64,000 bases of DNA, from positions 1 to 64,000 of the forward strand of contig NIVC01000513.1 of assembly GCA_002269645.1 (NCBI GenBank), read 5' to 3'. Position 1 is the stretch's first letter. Each line of letters opens with the position of its first letter. Below, piece after piece: positions 1 through 11,832 of the stretch. This DNA comes from Macrostomum lignano (taxonomy: Eukaryota). Position numbers and translations under genes: made by a program. The notes below the pieces were generated by a model that made no database searches, was not told the origin of the DNA, and worked only from the letters and a program-made list of their open reading frames with translations.

Positions 1-65
1 TCTGGCGTCATCACCGAAGCGGTCGTGTCCTGGTACATCGCCATGATGGCGGAAATCAGTTTCTC
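1..65 (-). mobile_element. RTE-type non-LTR retrotransposon reverse transcriptase fragment (runs off left edge)
   Basis: Minus strand translates EKLISAIMAMYQDTTASVMTP(D), the typical RT segment just before the G-V-x-Q-G motif in RTE-clade LINEs. Confidence 0.7.
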
Positions 66-389
66 CCTTCAATGCTCAAGGAGCATTGATAAATACATTA
101 CAGAGATAGGAAATAACAGATTTGTGGATATTATGGATATTTTCACCCATTTCTTAATAATTGAAATTAAACATTTAAACGCCACATAGACACTCCCCAT
201 AATATTTCCGATCCATTGGCTCAAGTCAGGTGAAAATCAATCTAGCCGTTTTTCCTCTAGGCTGTCATTTACACACAGACACATTCATTTTAGTATATAG
301 ACAAACAACACGTCAACTTTAGTATATACAGGTTTTGATTTTTAGTATATTGGATTTACACACAGACACATTCATTTTTAGTATATAGA
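66..389 (-). mobile_element. Helitron 5'-terminal fragment with duplicated terminus
   Basis: Minus strand A|TCTATATACTAAAAATGAATGTGTCTGTGTG at 389 is the classic Helitron 5' TC start. The same ~30 bp recurs ending near 300. Left boundary is approximate. Confidence 0.55.
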
Positions 390-1039
390 TTATTGGCAAT
401 CAATACTAATTCGATAATACGAAACCGCTACATACGAGCGTAAGGGCGCGCATCTGTCATTATGCATTTTTAGGTGCATGCCTGAAAAGTATGATACTGA
501 ATCGTTATAATCTGGGTTCCTTAATTTGTACATAATCCACTTTGCCTGTTCCCCTTGTCTTTTGTGCTCGGTTTTTATCGTCTCGCTTGAGCCTCAGCTC
601 CAAATAGTTTGGCGGACCATCCGTCTCTTCTACACAGTGCTGGGCGTTAACTAGTTTTTTTAAATCGTTAAAAAAATTTAAAAAATAACATTTCTGCTCT
701 CATTTCTGCTCTCTTAATTCCCTTCTCTCATTTGTCATATTTACTCTCATATATTCTCTCACCTCTCTCCTCTTGTACTCTTCTCTTTTCCCTTTTTTGA
801 CTCAGGACTCTCCTTCTTTCTTCTCGTTTAAACAAAAAAAGAAAAAAAAACTTATGAAAGAATAAATAATTTAACAAAGAAATAAGTAACTTTTGTCATT
901 TAACTTTAACTTAAAGAAAAAATTTAACGATTTTTGTTAATTAGTTAATACATAAAAATTACCGAAATTAACCAATTTTAAAAAAAATTAACTAGTTAAT
1001 TAACAATTAACAATTGAGGTGAAGGTTCTCACGCCGAAA

Positions 1040-1260
1040 ACCGCTCCCTTAAATAGACCTCACTGCCGCCACTCTAAGGTCGTTTCCATGACTCCCTCTC
1101 TGATTGGCTGCCGGAGAAATGACGTCAGAATGAGTCATGATGAGAAGCATGAGAACGGCATAGCAACATGAGAAATGGGAAAATTGCGCAATCCGGAGTA
1201 GGGGTGGGTGGATAATGAGCACAGCGGGGGGTCGAGAAAGTGTTGCGCAAGCAAACATTG
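1040..1260 (-). promoter_or_regulatory. Minus-strand Pol II promoter-like module (TATA, CCAAT, CRE, AP-1, C/EBP sites)
   Basis: TATTTAA on the minus strand at 1049-1055, CCAAT (plus ATTGG) 1103-1107, TGACGTCA 1120-1127, TGAGTCA 1131-1137, ATTGCGCAAT 1183-1192, TTGCGCAA 1243-1250. Confidence 0.5.
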
Positions 1261-1444
1261 AGAACAATGGGGCTCGGGTCGAGAACAAAGGAAATGGAAA
1301 TCGGAGTAAAGGAGAAAAGTAAAAATTGGAGAAAAGGTACTTATTGGGTGCGAAAATGAGAACAATAGAAAAAGAAAATCTGGGAAAATGTGATAATTAG
1401 GTGCGAAAATGAGAACAAATAATTGTTGGGCTGCGCCCTTCCAG

Positions 1445-2164
1445 TGTGTATGTACTCGTACTTGTGTATCAATTTTGCTTGCCATCCCGCCCCGTCCCCT
1501 GTCTCGCGCCCGGGCCAGGGTTTGTGAGGGGCGTAAGTCTCAACTATGACCTAGCCCTTTGCACCCAGCCCCGGCCCAACCTCTGTCCAATCTGGGTGCT
1601 GACCCTAACCCCTCCCTCGTTGCCCGCCTCACCCTGGGGCTGCTCGTATTGGCTGGCTGGTTGATAAGCCGGCTGGGCCCCAGGGTTTGGCTCGCCCTCT
1701 CCAGTCTGCCCCACCCCTTCCCCCTTTTTTGTGTATTATTTAAATGCTAGCCCTGAGCGGGCTGCGCTCCACGTTTTTCTCTATTGGTGTCCGCTCGTTG
1801 TTCATCTGCACTTTGCTCGTTCGTCTGCATTCTGCTTGTTCGTTCGCCTAACTGTTGTGATCGATTGCAATTTGTTCGATCAAACTATCTGCTCTCGGCC
1901 AATAAATACTTCGTTAAATTCCAAGTATCTGACTGGAGAGGTGAGCTCGAGCTTTCGTTCTTCTGGGTTGCCACGTGGGGCCGGGATCTGCAGGGACCTG
2001 GGAACGGTGAACTCTCGCCGATCCCAGGGTGTTCGGTCAGGCGAACTCTCGCCGAACCGAGCGAGACAGGGTAGGAATAGCCGGGATGAGGGCTGGGACC
2101 GGGGTGTCTCAGGCGGGGAGGGCCCGAACCTTGACCCGTCCATCGGCCATTAGGCCGAGACACA
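1445..2164 (+). mobile_element. Solo LTR (720 bp)
   Basis: Termini TGTGT...ACACA, flanks ccag/acag (4-bp TSD with 1 mismatch), TATTTAAA 1737-1744 and AATAAA 1901-1906. It is a GC-rich block interrupting a purine-rich host whose GAGAACAA/TTGCGCAA motifs resume on both sides. Confidence 0.65.
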
Positions 2165-2354
2165 ACAGAATCAAAAACGAGAACAATAGAAGCGGATGTG
2201 GGGTGGGTGTCGCATGAGAAATCTTGAGAAGAGAACAATAGCATGAGAAAAGGTTGCGCAAGAGGGGGTGATGAGTCATCGGGGTGCAGGAGGGGGTCAG
2301 GAGGCTTGCGTCACCGTTTGGGATTCTAGAAGGAGATGGGGCGACGGTGAGCAC

Positions 2355-3096
<742 letters not shown>

Positions 3097-3108
3097 CTCC
3101 CACTTAAT
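3097..3108 (-). other. Copia polypurine tract
   Basis: Minus strand TTAAGTGGGAG immediately precedes the 3' LTR TG. Confidence 0.7.
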
Positions 3109-3254
3109 GAAAATTGTCTATCTATGCAGTTACAAAAATTTGTCCAGTCTTCACAAAATTCTGATTAAGATGTCAGTAAATTCAAACTCCTCTGTTACAT
3201 TTTAACAGCTCCAAGCATTGTTCGCAGTTGCATGAACTTGTCCTTCGGTAACGG

Positions 3255-6200
3255 CTAAGTAAGCGCATCTGCAACCATATCGCCAGTTGGACAGTAGACC
3301 ACCCGAATAGTCCCATTGCTGACGGCTTCACAAATGAAGTGATGTCTGATATCAATGTGCTTTGTCCGTCGGCTTCCAGCAGAATTCTCATAAAGGGCAA
3401 TGGTTCCTTGGTTGTCCTCGTAGATCACAGTGGGTCGCTCAGATCCTGATCTTTCAAGATCACTTAGTAGCCGCCGTAGCCACATGGCTTCTTGTGCTGC
3501 AGAGCTCAGCGCAACGTACTCAGCTTCCGTTGTCGAGAGTGAGACAGTTGATTGCTTCTTGCTAAGCCAGCTGATAGCGCCACCAGATAGCTTAAACACG
3601 ATGCCAGAGGTGGAGTGTCGATCATCTACGTCACTCGCCCAGTCTGCATCAGAATAGCCGATCAAGTTCTCTACACCAGAGTTGTACTCTAGGCCAAAGT
3701 CGATTGTTCCCTTTAGGTATCGGAAGATTCGTTTTACCGCGGTTAGATGTATCTCTCTTGGTTTTTTGTTGAACTTAAAGACAACTCCCACTGCATACGA
3801 GATGTCTGGACGTGTAGCAGTTGCTGCATAAAGCAAGCTTCCAACCATTGACTGGTAAACTGTAGAGTCAACTGGCTTGCTGCCCTCGTCGTATTTGGCT
3901 AGTTTTACGTTGGGATCCATCGGAGTTAAGGCTGGATTCGCCTCTGCAAGTCCATAGCGTTCAAGCAGATTGGTTATGTACTGCTTCTGATTAAGCTTGA
4001 CACAGCAGTCCTCCTTGTTTGCTTGGATGTTGACACCTAGGCAGTAGTGCAACTCGCCCATGTCTTTCATCTTGAACCTTTTGGAAAGTTCATCCTTGAT
4101 TTGTTGCATTTCCACCAGACTCTTCGCAATTAGTATTAGGTCGTCAACGTACACAGCTAGGGCCGTGAGATCCTCCCTTTTCCTAATGAAGACACAGCTG
4201 TCGGCTGAGCTTTCCTCGAAGTTAATTCTGGCTAGGTAGTCGCAAAAGGCTTTGTTCCAACAGCGGGGCGCTTGCTTAAGTCCATAAAGCGACTTCTTTA
4301 ACTTGCAAACCAGCTCTTCCTCTCCTGGCTTGACGAAACAGGGTGGCTGCTCCATGTAAATTTCTTCGCACAATTCGCCGTTCAAAAAGGCAGTTACAAC
4401 GTCCATCTGGTGAACGTGTAATCCATGTTTAGCCGCTAATGCCAACATTGCACGAACTGATGGGAATTTTACAACTGGCGCGAAAGTCTCTTCATAATCA
4501 ATGCCGAACTTCTGTGAATAGCCCTTGGCTACAAGTCTTCCCTTAAAACGATCTACCTTGCCATCACCGTCATACTTGACCTTAAAGATCCATTTGGATC
4601 CGATTGCCTTGCGTCCTTCAGGTAGTCGTACGAGATCCCAGGTTTCATTCTCCATCAGGGAATTATACTCTGAGTCAGCGGCAGCTTTCCATTGCTTCGC
4701 GTAGTCACCTTTCAGGGCTTCGTCGATCGTTTTCGGTTCGATAATTTCGGTCATTCTGAACGCAAAGTGTTCGGTTTCAGATGCCACTTTTGCACCTTCA
4801 TATTTGAGACGGTCAGGGGCTCTCCTTTCACGTTGAGGGTATCGCTTCTGATCAGTTTCTGTCGACACCGACTGTTCCTGTTCTTGACCTGGTGTCTCTT
4901 CAGTCATATTGGGCTCATCAAGTTCCAAGTTGAACCAGCTCGCATCCTTGTCTCTTGCTCTATTCTTTGAGCTCCCAAAATCAGTCTCGTTGAACACCAC
5001 ATCGTAGCGGATGACTGTCTTTCTCAACCTTTCATCAAACAGTCTGTAGCTTCTTCCATCCGTATTGTAGCCAACGAACCGTAGCTTTTCAGCCTTCTTG
5101 TCCAGCTTCTTTCGCTTCACATCTGGTATGTGGGCATAGGCTACGCAGCCGAAAACACGAAAGTGCCCAACGTCTGGCTTGCGCCCATACCAACGCTGGT
5201 ACGGCGTCATTTGCGGAGTAACAGCAGTCGTCACGACTCGATTTCGCACATAAGCTGCGATGTTTACTGCTTCTGCCCAGAACTGGTTGCTTACTCCAGC
5301 ATGGGCCATCATTGTGCGGGCTGATTCAACGAGAGTGCGATTCATCCGTTCGGCAACGCCATTTTGCTGAGGTGTATGAGCCACAGTAGTCTCATGCCGA
5401 ATGCCCTTCTGCTCCAGGAATTTTGTAAATTGGCTTGATGCATACTCTCCGCCGCCGTCAGTTCGCAGTGATTTGATATTGAGTCCTGTTTCTGTTGTAA
5501 CCATGGCCTCAAACTTCTTAAACTTATCAAGCACTTCTGACCTTTGTCGCATGAAGAAAACCTTAACGCAGCGTGAGTAGTCATCAATAAAGGTGACGAA
5601 GTACTTGTTTCCACCAAATGACTCTGTTTGCATAGGACCGCATATATCGCTGTGAATTAGTTGTAGCCTATCGGTAGAGCGGATTTCGGAAATTGACCTA
5701 TGAGGCTTGCAGTGCATTTTGCCCTCGATACATCCTTCACAGAAGTCTACACATGCAGTCTGCAACTTAGAGATACCACTCACGAGTTGGTCTTTGCTCA
5801 TTTGATTTAGCTGGTGTTCGTTGACATGACCAAGGCGCTGGTGCCATAAAGTTGCACTTGTGTCTGGTGAATCAGCATTTGCTACTGCCGCAGTGTTCGC
5901 CGGCAATTTTACTTCACAGTCAAGCTGGTACATTCTGTTAACAACAGATCCCTTTCCAACAAGGAGTCCATCCTTGTTGCGAATCCAGCATTTAGAGTGA
6001 TCGAACTGTATCACTTTATCCTTTGCTGCTGCTGCTCGAACACTAAACAGATTGCACGACAGCTGAGGCACTAGAAGTACATCTGTTGCAGCTGTCTTGA
6101 AACGCTTGCCATGTGGCAGGAGCATAATGAGTTTTACCTGACCACTGCCGCAGGCCTCGACTGTTCGACCATCACCTAGGCTGACCCGTTCAGGTCGTCC

Positions 6201-7160
6201 AAACTGCTTATAGTTGACTAGTAGCTCTCTAGAGTATGTCATGTGGCAGGACGCTCCAGAGTCAATTATCCAGGTGGATATGTCAGAGCTGGTCTTCGCG
6301 GGCGACATAAAGAATGTCTCGTTGCAGCTACTTTTATGTCCATCGTCATCAGGCGAGGTTTCAGCGATGTCCCGGGTCGCAGCACCATCGGCTGTTTTGG
6401 CGACATACCGTGCAGGTCCTGGGTCCTTGACGAACTTTTTCGCTCCTCCTGAACGACAGTCTCGGGCAAAGTGACCCATCTTTCCGCAATTGAAACATTT
6501 GATAGCACGACGTGGCAGACCTTGGCCTTTTTGGGTCTTCAGTGCAGACTCTCCACCCTGTGTACCACCAGACCCTCGCTCACCTAATTCACTCCGCTTT
6601 TGCTCCTCGTTGATGAGTGCTTGGTGAACCATCTGCAGAGTAAGATCATCACCGCGAGCTTCCAAGGCAGTAACCAAGGTAGAGTAGCTCTCAGGCAGGC
6701 TGCTGAGCAGCATGACCACTTGGTCCTCTTCACTGACGGGTGCGTTGACAGAGGCCAGTTTGTCGGTCAGCTCCTTCATATGGCGTATATGATCCTGTAC
6801 GCGGGTCCTTTCACTCATCTGCAGCCGGAAAATCTGTTTCTTCAAATAGATCTTATTCGCAGTTGATTCTCGTTCGAAGTGCTGTTGGAGAGCTTGCCAC
6901 ATCCGATGTGGATCTTCGCCACACGAAGTTATTAGATAGATGAACTCTTTCTTGATTGAAACAACGATCACTGCAGCAGCTCTCTGTTCCTGCTCTCGAA
7001 ATTCGTTTTCTTGCTCCTGAGTAGCATCCTCTGCGAGAATTACGGAACCGTCGACGACTCCCCAGAGCTTCCTCGCTATAAGACAGAACTTGATCTGGAT
7101 CTTCCAGGTAGTCCAGTTTCCGCTTCCCAGCTTGTCGACTTGAAACTTATCATCCGCCAT
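3255..7160 (-). CDS. Copia gag-pol polyprotein (1301 aa; the natural end at 3195 is cut off by one nonsense codon)
   Basis: CCHC CFNCGKMGHFARDC, protease WIIDSGAS, GAG-pre-integrase WHQRLGH, integrase with QQNGVAERMNRTL, RT YVDD, RNase H GYSDADWA. ADALT is followed by TAG where the conserved motif is ADxLTK, and the frame then continues PLPKDKFMQLRTMLGAVKM*. Confidence 0.95.
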   Translation of the reverse strand: MADDKFQVDKLGSGNWTTWKIQIKFCLIARKLWGVVDGSVILAEDATQEQENEFREQEQRAAAVIVVSIKKEFIYLITSCGEDPHRMWQALQQHFERESTANKIYLKKQIFRLQMSERTRVQDHIRHMKELTDKLASVNAPVSEEDQVVMLLSSLPESYSTLVTALEARGDDLTLQMVHQALINEEQKRSELGERGSGGTQGGESALKTQKGQGLPRRAIKCFNCGKMGHFARDCRSGGAKKFVKDPGPARYVAKTADGAATRDIAETSPDDDGHKSSCNETFFMSPAKTSSDISTWIIDSGASCHMTYSRELLVNYKQFGRPERVSLGDGRTVEACGSGQVKLIMLLPHGKRFKTAATDVLLVPQLSCNLFSVRAAAAKDKVIQFDHSKCWIRNKDGLLVGKGSVVNRMYQLDCEVKLPANTAAVANADSPDTSATLWHQRLGHVNEHQLNQMSKDQLVSGISKLQTACVDFCEGCIEGKMHCKPHRSISEIRSTDRLQLIHSDICGPMQTESFGGNKYFVTFIDDYSRCVKVFFMRQRSEVLDKFKKFEAMVTTETGLNIKSLRTDGGGEYASSQFTKFLEQKGIRHETTVAHTPQQNGVAERMNRTLVESARTMMAHAGVSNQFWAEAVNIAAYVRNRVVTTAVTPQMTPYQRWYGRKPDVGHFRVFGCVAYAHIPDVKRKKLDKKAEKLRFVGYNTDGRSYRLFDERLRKTVIRYDVVFNETDFGSSKNRARDKDASWFNLELDEPNMTEETPGQEQEQSVSTETDQKRYPQRERRAPDRLKYEGAKVASETEHFAFRMTEIIEPKTIDEALKGDYAKQWKAAADSEYNSLMENETWDLVRLPEGRKAIGSKWIFKVKYDGDGKVDRFKGRLVAKGYSQKFGIDYEETFAPVVKFPSVRAMLALAAKHGLHVHQMDVVTAFLNGELCEEIYMEQPPCFVKPGEEELVCKLKKSLYGLKQAPRCWNKAFCDYLARINFEESSADSCVFIRKREDLTALAVYVDDLILIAKSLVEMQQIKDELSKRFKMKDMGELHYCLGVNIQANKEDCCVKLNQKQYITNLLERYGLAEANPALTPMDPNVKLAKYDEGSKPVDSTVYQSMVGSLLYAATATRPDISYAVGVVFKFNKKPREIHLTAVKRIFRYLKGTIDFGLEYNSGVENLIGYSDADWASDVDDRHSTSGIVFKLSGGAISWLSKKQSTVSLSTTEAEYVALSSAAQEAMWLRRLLSDLERSGSERPTVIYEDNQGTIALYENSAGSRRTKHIDIRHHFICEAVSNGTIRVVYCPTGDMVADALT

Positions 7161-7250
7161 TTCTTCGGAAAGTTCGTGTCGAGAACAAGCCTATTTTCCG
7201 TCTGAGCGAGGCTTCTGGATCAGCTACCACTTATGCGCAGTGGAAGCGTG

Positions 7251-7264
7251 CTGGGCCCATAACC
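7251..7264 (-). other. Copia primer-binding site GGTTATGGGCCCAG
   Basis: Directly abuts the 5' LTR CA. It has the same sequence as the Drosophila copia-type PBS, which pairs with an internal fragment of initiator tRNA-Met. Confidence 0.85.
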
Positions 7265-7488
7265 TGTTGGCTTTTCAAACGCAGTAGTGTAGCTGATCGA
7301 GTATATTTCTTAGTCAACGAGCAAAAGGGGAAAGTTAAGAGAGGATGAAGCCAGTGGCTGATTTAATAGCTTTAGTTTTAGGCATAGACAAACTTATACA
7401 GTATCGTTCTAGAAAGTTCTAAGACTTGGGGAATCTAACGAGAGTTACTATAATTAGCATAGAGACAATTTACATTACTTTTTCAACA
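7265..7488 (-). repeat. Copia 5' LTR (224 bp)
   Basis: TGTTGG...TCAACA and near-identical to the left LTR. Confidence 0.97.
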
Positions 7489-8620
7489 AGCACAAGAAGT
7501 ACTGTAAGTAAGCACAGGATGAGGAAGGGACAGCGCAAGAAAAACGAGCTAAAGCGTAACATAAAGATGGGAAGCGGGAGAAGTACATGATAGATGGGGT
7601 GGGGCGCATGGGAAACGGGGAGACGAGTGAGGGGCAGAAAGAAAAGGGGGCTCCGAAAAGGCACGTGTGGCTGAGTGGGAGACGGAACCGAGACAACAGG
7701 GGGATGCAACAGAGCAGGAGTCAGTTGGCCTGGTCAGAGACCCGGCCCAGTCTCGACAGCTCTGCCCAGTAGGTGCACGGAGGCCGGAGGAGGAGGTAAA
7801 AAAAATTTCCCTCACCAGATCCCGCGACCAAAGCGTGGTTACATCACTCTCAACATGAAAAATACGAGATTTTTCATTTTCGACAATTTATAAATGTTCT
7901 ATTAGATACAACTGTTTTACTAAACTGAAAAAGTTAATATAGCATTTTGCGGCCTAGTTTAGACTGCGGAACTAGCAATCTACACCCCAGTTGGGGAGCA
8001 AAGAAAGAATGTAATAATTTTAATAATGATGTAATATAGCAAGCAATCCCCACAGACAGCAAGCATCCCTCAGACAGCAAGCATCCCCCAGACAGCAAGC
8101 TAATTCAAACAGCGTTTGGATTTGTATAGCTAGACATGAAAAAACAATACAAACAAAGACACACTGTTGCTGGTTCTAGTAAATTTCGAGTAAGGTTGAA
8201 ATTGATATGAAAAAAGCAGACTACGTTTTTGTCTTTTGCATACTATATATAATATAATTTTCATTAAAAACTCGGCCAAATGGGAAATATTTTATCAATA
8301 TACGAACGTAATAATCCCTACATTTTGTGAGGTCTAATTTGACTAAATATTTAACTAATTAGACCAATATATGTAAATCATTTCTAATATTAGTAAAGTA
8401 GTACGAGCTCGTAAAAATTTTTTTGTCTAATCCCCGTCAAAAAAAAAATTGCGCGGTATAAGTACAATATATTTGTCTCAATATTTATTGTTTACACAAA
8501 TAGTTAAACTCTATTCTTGTTACAGGTAACCCACGAATTGCTTTTATATCAACTTTTGAGCAAAAGATATTTCTAAGACCTACGTAGAAACCTACGCAGA
8601 CCTACGAGCTACGCTTAATT

Positions 8621-8869
8621 TTAACATTGACAGGCGCAACTCTTCCAGCCGTGTTTGCCGTTCCGCTTCCATCTCCTTTGCCCGGCTCTCGGAAACACGC
8701 TGGCGCAACTCTTCCAGTCTAGCTTGCGTTCCGCAGCTTCCGTCTCCTTTGCCCGGCGATCCGCCATCCTCAGCCTCTCTTTTTCGCGCTGCAACTCGCT
8801 TTGTTGAAGACGCCTTCGTTTGGCTTCACGATTTTTATTCAAGTTGCTAGCACAACGTCCTCGAAGCAT
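8621..8869 (-). pseudogene. Helitron RepHel N-terminal charged/coiled-coil fragment (frameshifted)
   Basis: REAKRRRLQQSELQREKERLRMADRRAKETEAAERK then, in a shifted frame, RLEELRQRVSESRAKEMEAERQTRLEELR. This R/E-rich repeat is typical of RepHel N-termini. The assignment rests on composition and context. Confidence 0.5.
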
Positions 8870-9028
8870 TTCTGTTCAAGTGATTATGCACTTTAGTAAC
8901 ACCCGGCTTAATTCAAACAATCAGTTCTGGTTTCAAACAATTCAAGTTGAAGATGAGGATATTCATAAATTCTAAAACATACATAAGTTCTAAAATTTAT
9001 GAGTTCATAAAAAGCCAAGGCAAATTAG

Positions 9029-11415
9029 GTGTAGGTAATATCGTATCGCGTGACTCAGCGGGTGTACAGTGAGTACACTCGCTGTTTTATTTTATCGATT
9101 GACTGACAATGCTTCATTGTCAGTGTCTAGTGTGTGCGTTCTTTTAAAACCCTTGTGCTTTTATGCATCAATTACTCTTACGTTCGCTTGTACCAAAAAT
9201 ATAAAAGTCGACGAGGATTGTGGCTGAGAAATGCCTAACCACGCAATCGGAGAATATGAGGACTCCGAGGAAACCTGGGATGAGTACCAGGAGCGTCTGG
9301 AGCAACATTTCCTGGCACAGGACATCACCGACGAAAGTAAAAAGAGGGCCACCCTGCTGAGCTTCTGCGGTAGAAAAACCTTCCAGTTGGCCAGAAGCCT
9401 CTGCTCTCCAGATAAAGTCGCGGACAAATCCTATGCCGAAATATGCGAGCTGCTGAGCGCTCATTTCAACCCAAGGCCGAGTGAGGTCATTCAGAGGTTC
9501 CACTTCAATAACCGAGTTCAGCGCCCTGGAGAGTCGGTGCGGAGCTGCGGAAGCTTGCGGAGTTCTGCAATTACGGCGGCAGCCTGTCTGACATGCTGCG
9601 CGACAGGCTGGTGTGCGGCATTGCGGACCAGCAAATCCAGCGCCGGCTCCTGATGGAGGCCGAGCTCACCCTCGATACTGCCAAACAGATTGCGCAAGCG
9701 GGCGAGTCAGCAGCCAAAAACTGTCAATCGCTGGGCTCAGCAAAACCTGCGGCAGCGACATCGGCATCGTCAGCGACAGAGAGCGACTCCATGCTTCGAA
9801 TGGAACGACAGCGACCGCAAGACCACCGTCAGTCTGGAACAGAAGGCCGGCGGCGCTGTTTCCGCTGCTTGTCGACTCGCCATCCGGCAGCCAAATGTCC
9901 CTTCGCGGACAAACGCTGTTTCAACTGCAGCAAAACCGGGCACACCGCGAAGGCATGCAAGGCGGGGACACAGCACCAGCAAATGCACCAGCTGGTTGAC
10001 CAGCAGCCTTCAGACAGCAGCTCAGCTCAGGCCGCCGAGCCGCCCAGCCCAGCCGAGGTCGCTTATCCCTTCTACCATCTGGGTGCTGACCGATCGCAGG
10101 CCAGGTTTCCTCCAATCGTGACCTCTGTCTTCAGCGAGGAGAAGCGATTCGAGATGGAGGTGGACACGGGGCATCCGTATCGCTGATGTCCGAACGTACG
10201 TTCAAGGAAAACCTGGAAAGCCGGATGTCTCTGTCTGCGTCAACGGTTCAGCTCAGTACGTACACCGGTCAAACCGTCCGTGTCCTCGGTCAGCTCTTCG
10301 TACGCGTGTGAGCTTCGCAAGGTTCGGCCGAGGAACAGCTGCCGCTGCTGGTTGTCGCCGGTTGTCGTCCGAGCCTGCGACCAAAAATTCTTCTATCAAG
10401 CGAATGGAAGAAGCTGATGCAGCCAAGGAGTTGCTACAGGAGTTCTCAGAAGTCTTCCAAGGTCTGGGCGAGCTCAGCGGCAAGCCGGTGTCCATCAGTC
10501 TGAAGGAGAACGCCAGACCAAGGTTCTGTAAGGCGCGGCCGGTGCCGTTTGCGCTGCGCGAGAAGGTTGAGCAGCAGCTGCAGAAGGAAATCGACCAAAG
10601 AATCCTGGTGCCGGTCAAAAATTCCGACTGGGCGTCCCCGATCGTGCCGGTAATGAAGTTCGACGGCAGCGTGCGCATCTGCGCTGATTTCAAGCAGTCG
10701 GTCAACGCAGCTATCCGGCCTGAGGCTTACCCGCTGCCGAACATCGACGAGCTGTTTTCACGCTTGGCTGGCGGTAAGAAGTTCTCAAAACTGGATCTGA
10801 GCCAGGCATTTTCGCAGCTTCCCCTGGATGAGGATGCTCAGGAGCTATGTACCATCAACACCTCGCTGGGACTTCTTCGCTACACCCGTCTGCCTTTCGG
10901 CGTGTCGATCGCCGCCAGCTTGTTTCAGCGGGTGATGGACAGCTTATTGCGAGAAATTCCGCACTCTGCATCCTTCATCGATGATGTCATCATCACAGCC
11001 GAAGATGACGCCAGTCACCTCCGCAACCTGAGAGCAGTTCTGAAGGTCTTCAAGGAGTCCGGGCTGACCTGCAAGCTTGAGAAGTGCACCTTTTTCAGGG
11101 ACGAAGTCACATACCTAGGCAACCGCATCGACGCCGAAGGGCTGCACCTGCTGGACGATAAGGTTCAAGCTGTGCTGGACGCGCCTGCACCGACTAACAC
11201 GACTCAACCGAGGAGCTTCTTGGGCCTCATCAACTACTACGGCAAGTTTTTGCCAAATCTCTCTAGTGTTCTGGCCCCGCTGCACAGGCAATGCTTTATT
11301 GTCAGTGACTAGCGTGTGCGTTCTTTTAAAACCCTTGTGCTTTTATGCATCAATTATACTTACGTTCGCTTGTACCAAAAAATAAAAGTCGTCTAGTGAG
11401 CTCGGAGCTCAATAC
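9029..11415 (+). mobile_element. Ty3/Gypsy LTR retrotransposon (Mag/K02A2.6-like), internally deleted
   Basis: A shared LTR segment 9107-9210 matches 11289-11391, and a PBS remnant (G)ACGAGGAT lies at 9210-9218. The gag-PR-RT coding region is present, while RNase H and integrase are missing. No TSD is visible. Confidence 0.88.
9231..11288 (+). pseudogene. Gypsy gag-pol pseudogene
   Basis: gag WDEYQERLEQHF..LRDRLVCGI with two zinc knuckles, protease MEVDTG(A)SVS with a frameshift near 10170, and RT WASPIVPVMK..VRICADFK, LPFGV, FIDD, YLG. There are additional frameshifts near 9540 and 10300. Confidence 0.9.
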
Positions 11416-11832
11416 TTTTTGATTTCTCGCACCAACCACTATAGAGTTGTTTTAAGTAAGCGTTAGTATCAGAAAAAGAGTATATGGAGACAAACCTTGC
11501 ACTCAATAAGCTAGGTATAGCTATTTATAGCTCATAGCATCAGCTCAAGAATTAATAATTTGTGACCGTAGACGTATTGAGCTCTCACTGCAAGAAAAAT
11601 GCACTAATTAGATAGGAAAATACAGTTTTTCGAATATTTAATATCTCTAAAATGAAGCAATCTCTTCGCCAAGAGAACTGTACCCATTCGCAAGAATTTC
11701 TGATCGAATGGGCAAGTTTGAAAAAAACCGGTTGGATAAACTCCTTTAAAATGGATTATGTACATACATACATACATACATACATACATACATGCATAGA
11801 AACTTTTCAGATTCAGATTTAGTATATTGTGA

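Larger units (their letters stand above)
7970..11832 (-). mobile_element. Helitron unit C (5' end at 11832, interrupted by Gypsy, 3'-truncated)
   Basis: Starts TCACAATATACTAAAT right after the CTAG of unit B. 11832-11585 resembles 13577-13368, 11580-11520 resembles 13090-13035, and 8110-7970 resembles 12545-12415. It carries a RepHel-like N-terminal ORF. Confidence 0.6.

Noticed and set aside
3249-3257. Programmed readthrough at the copia TAG (context TAG-CCG-TTA resembles UAG-CAR-YYA)
   Set aside because: The motif is imperfect, and a single A>T change from the conserved Lys codon AAG is more parsimonious.
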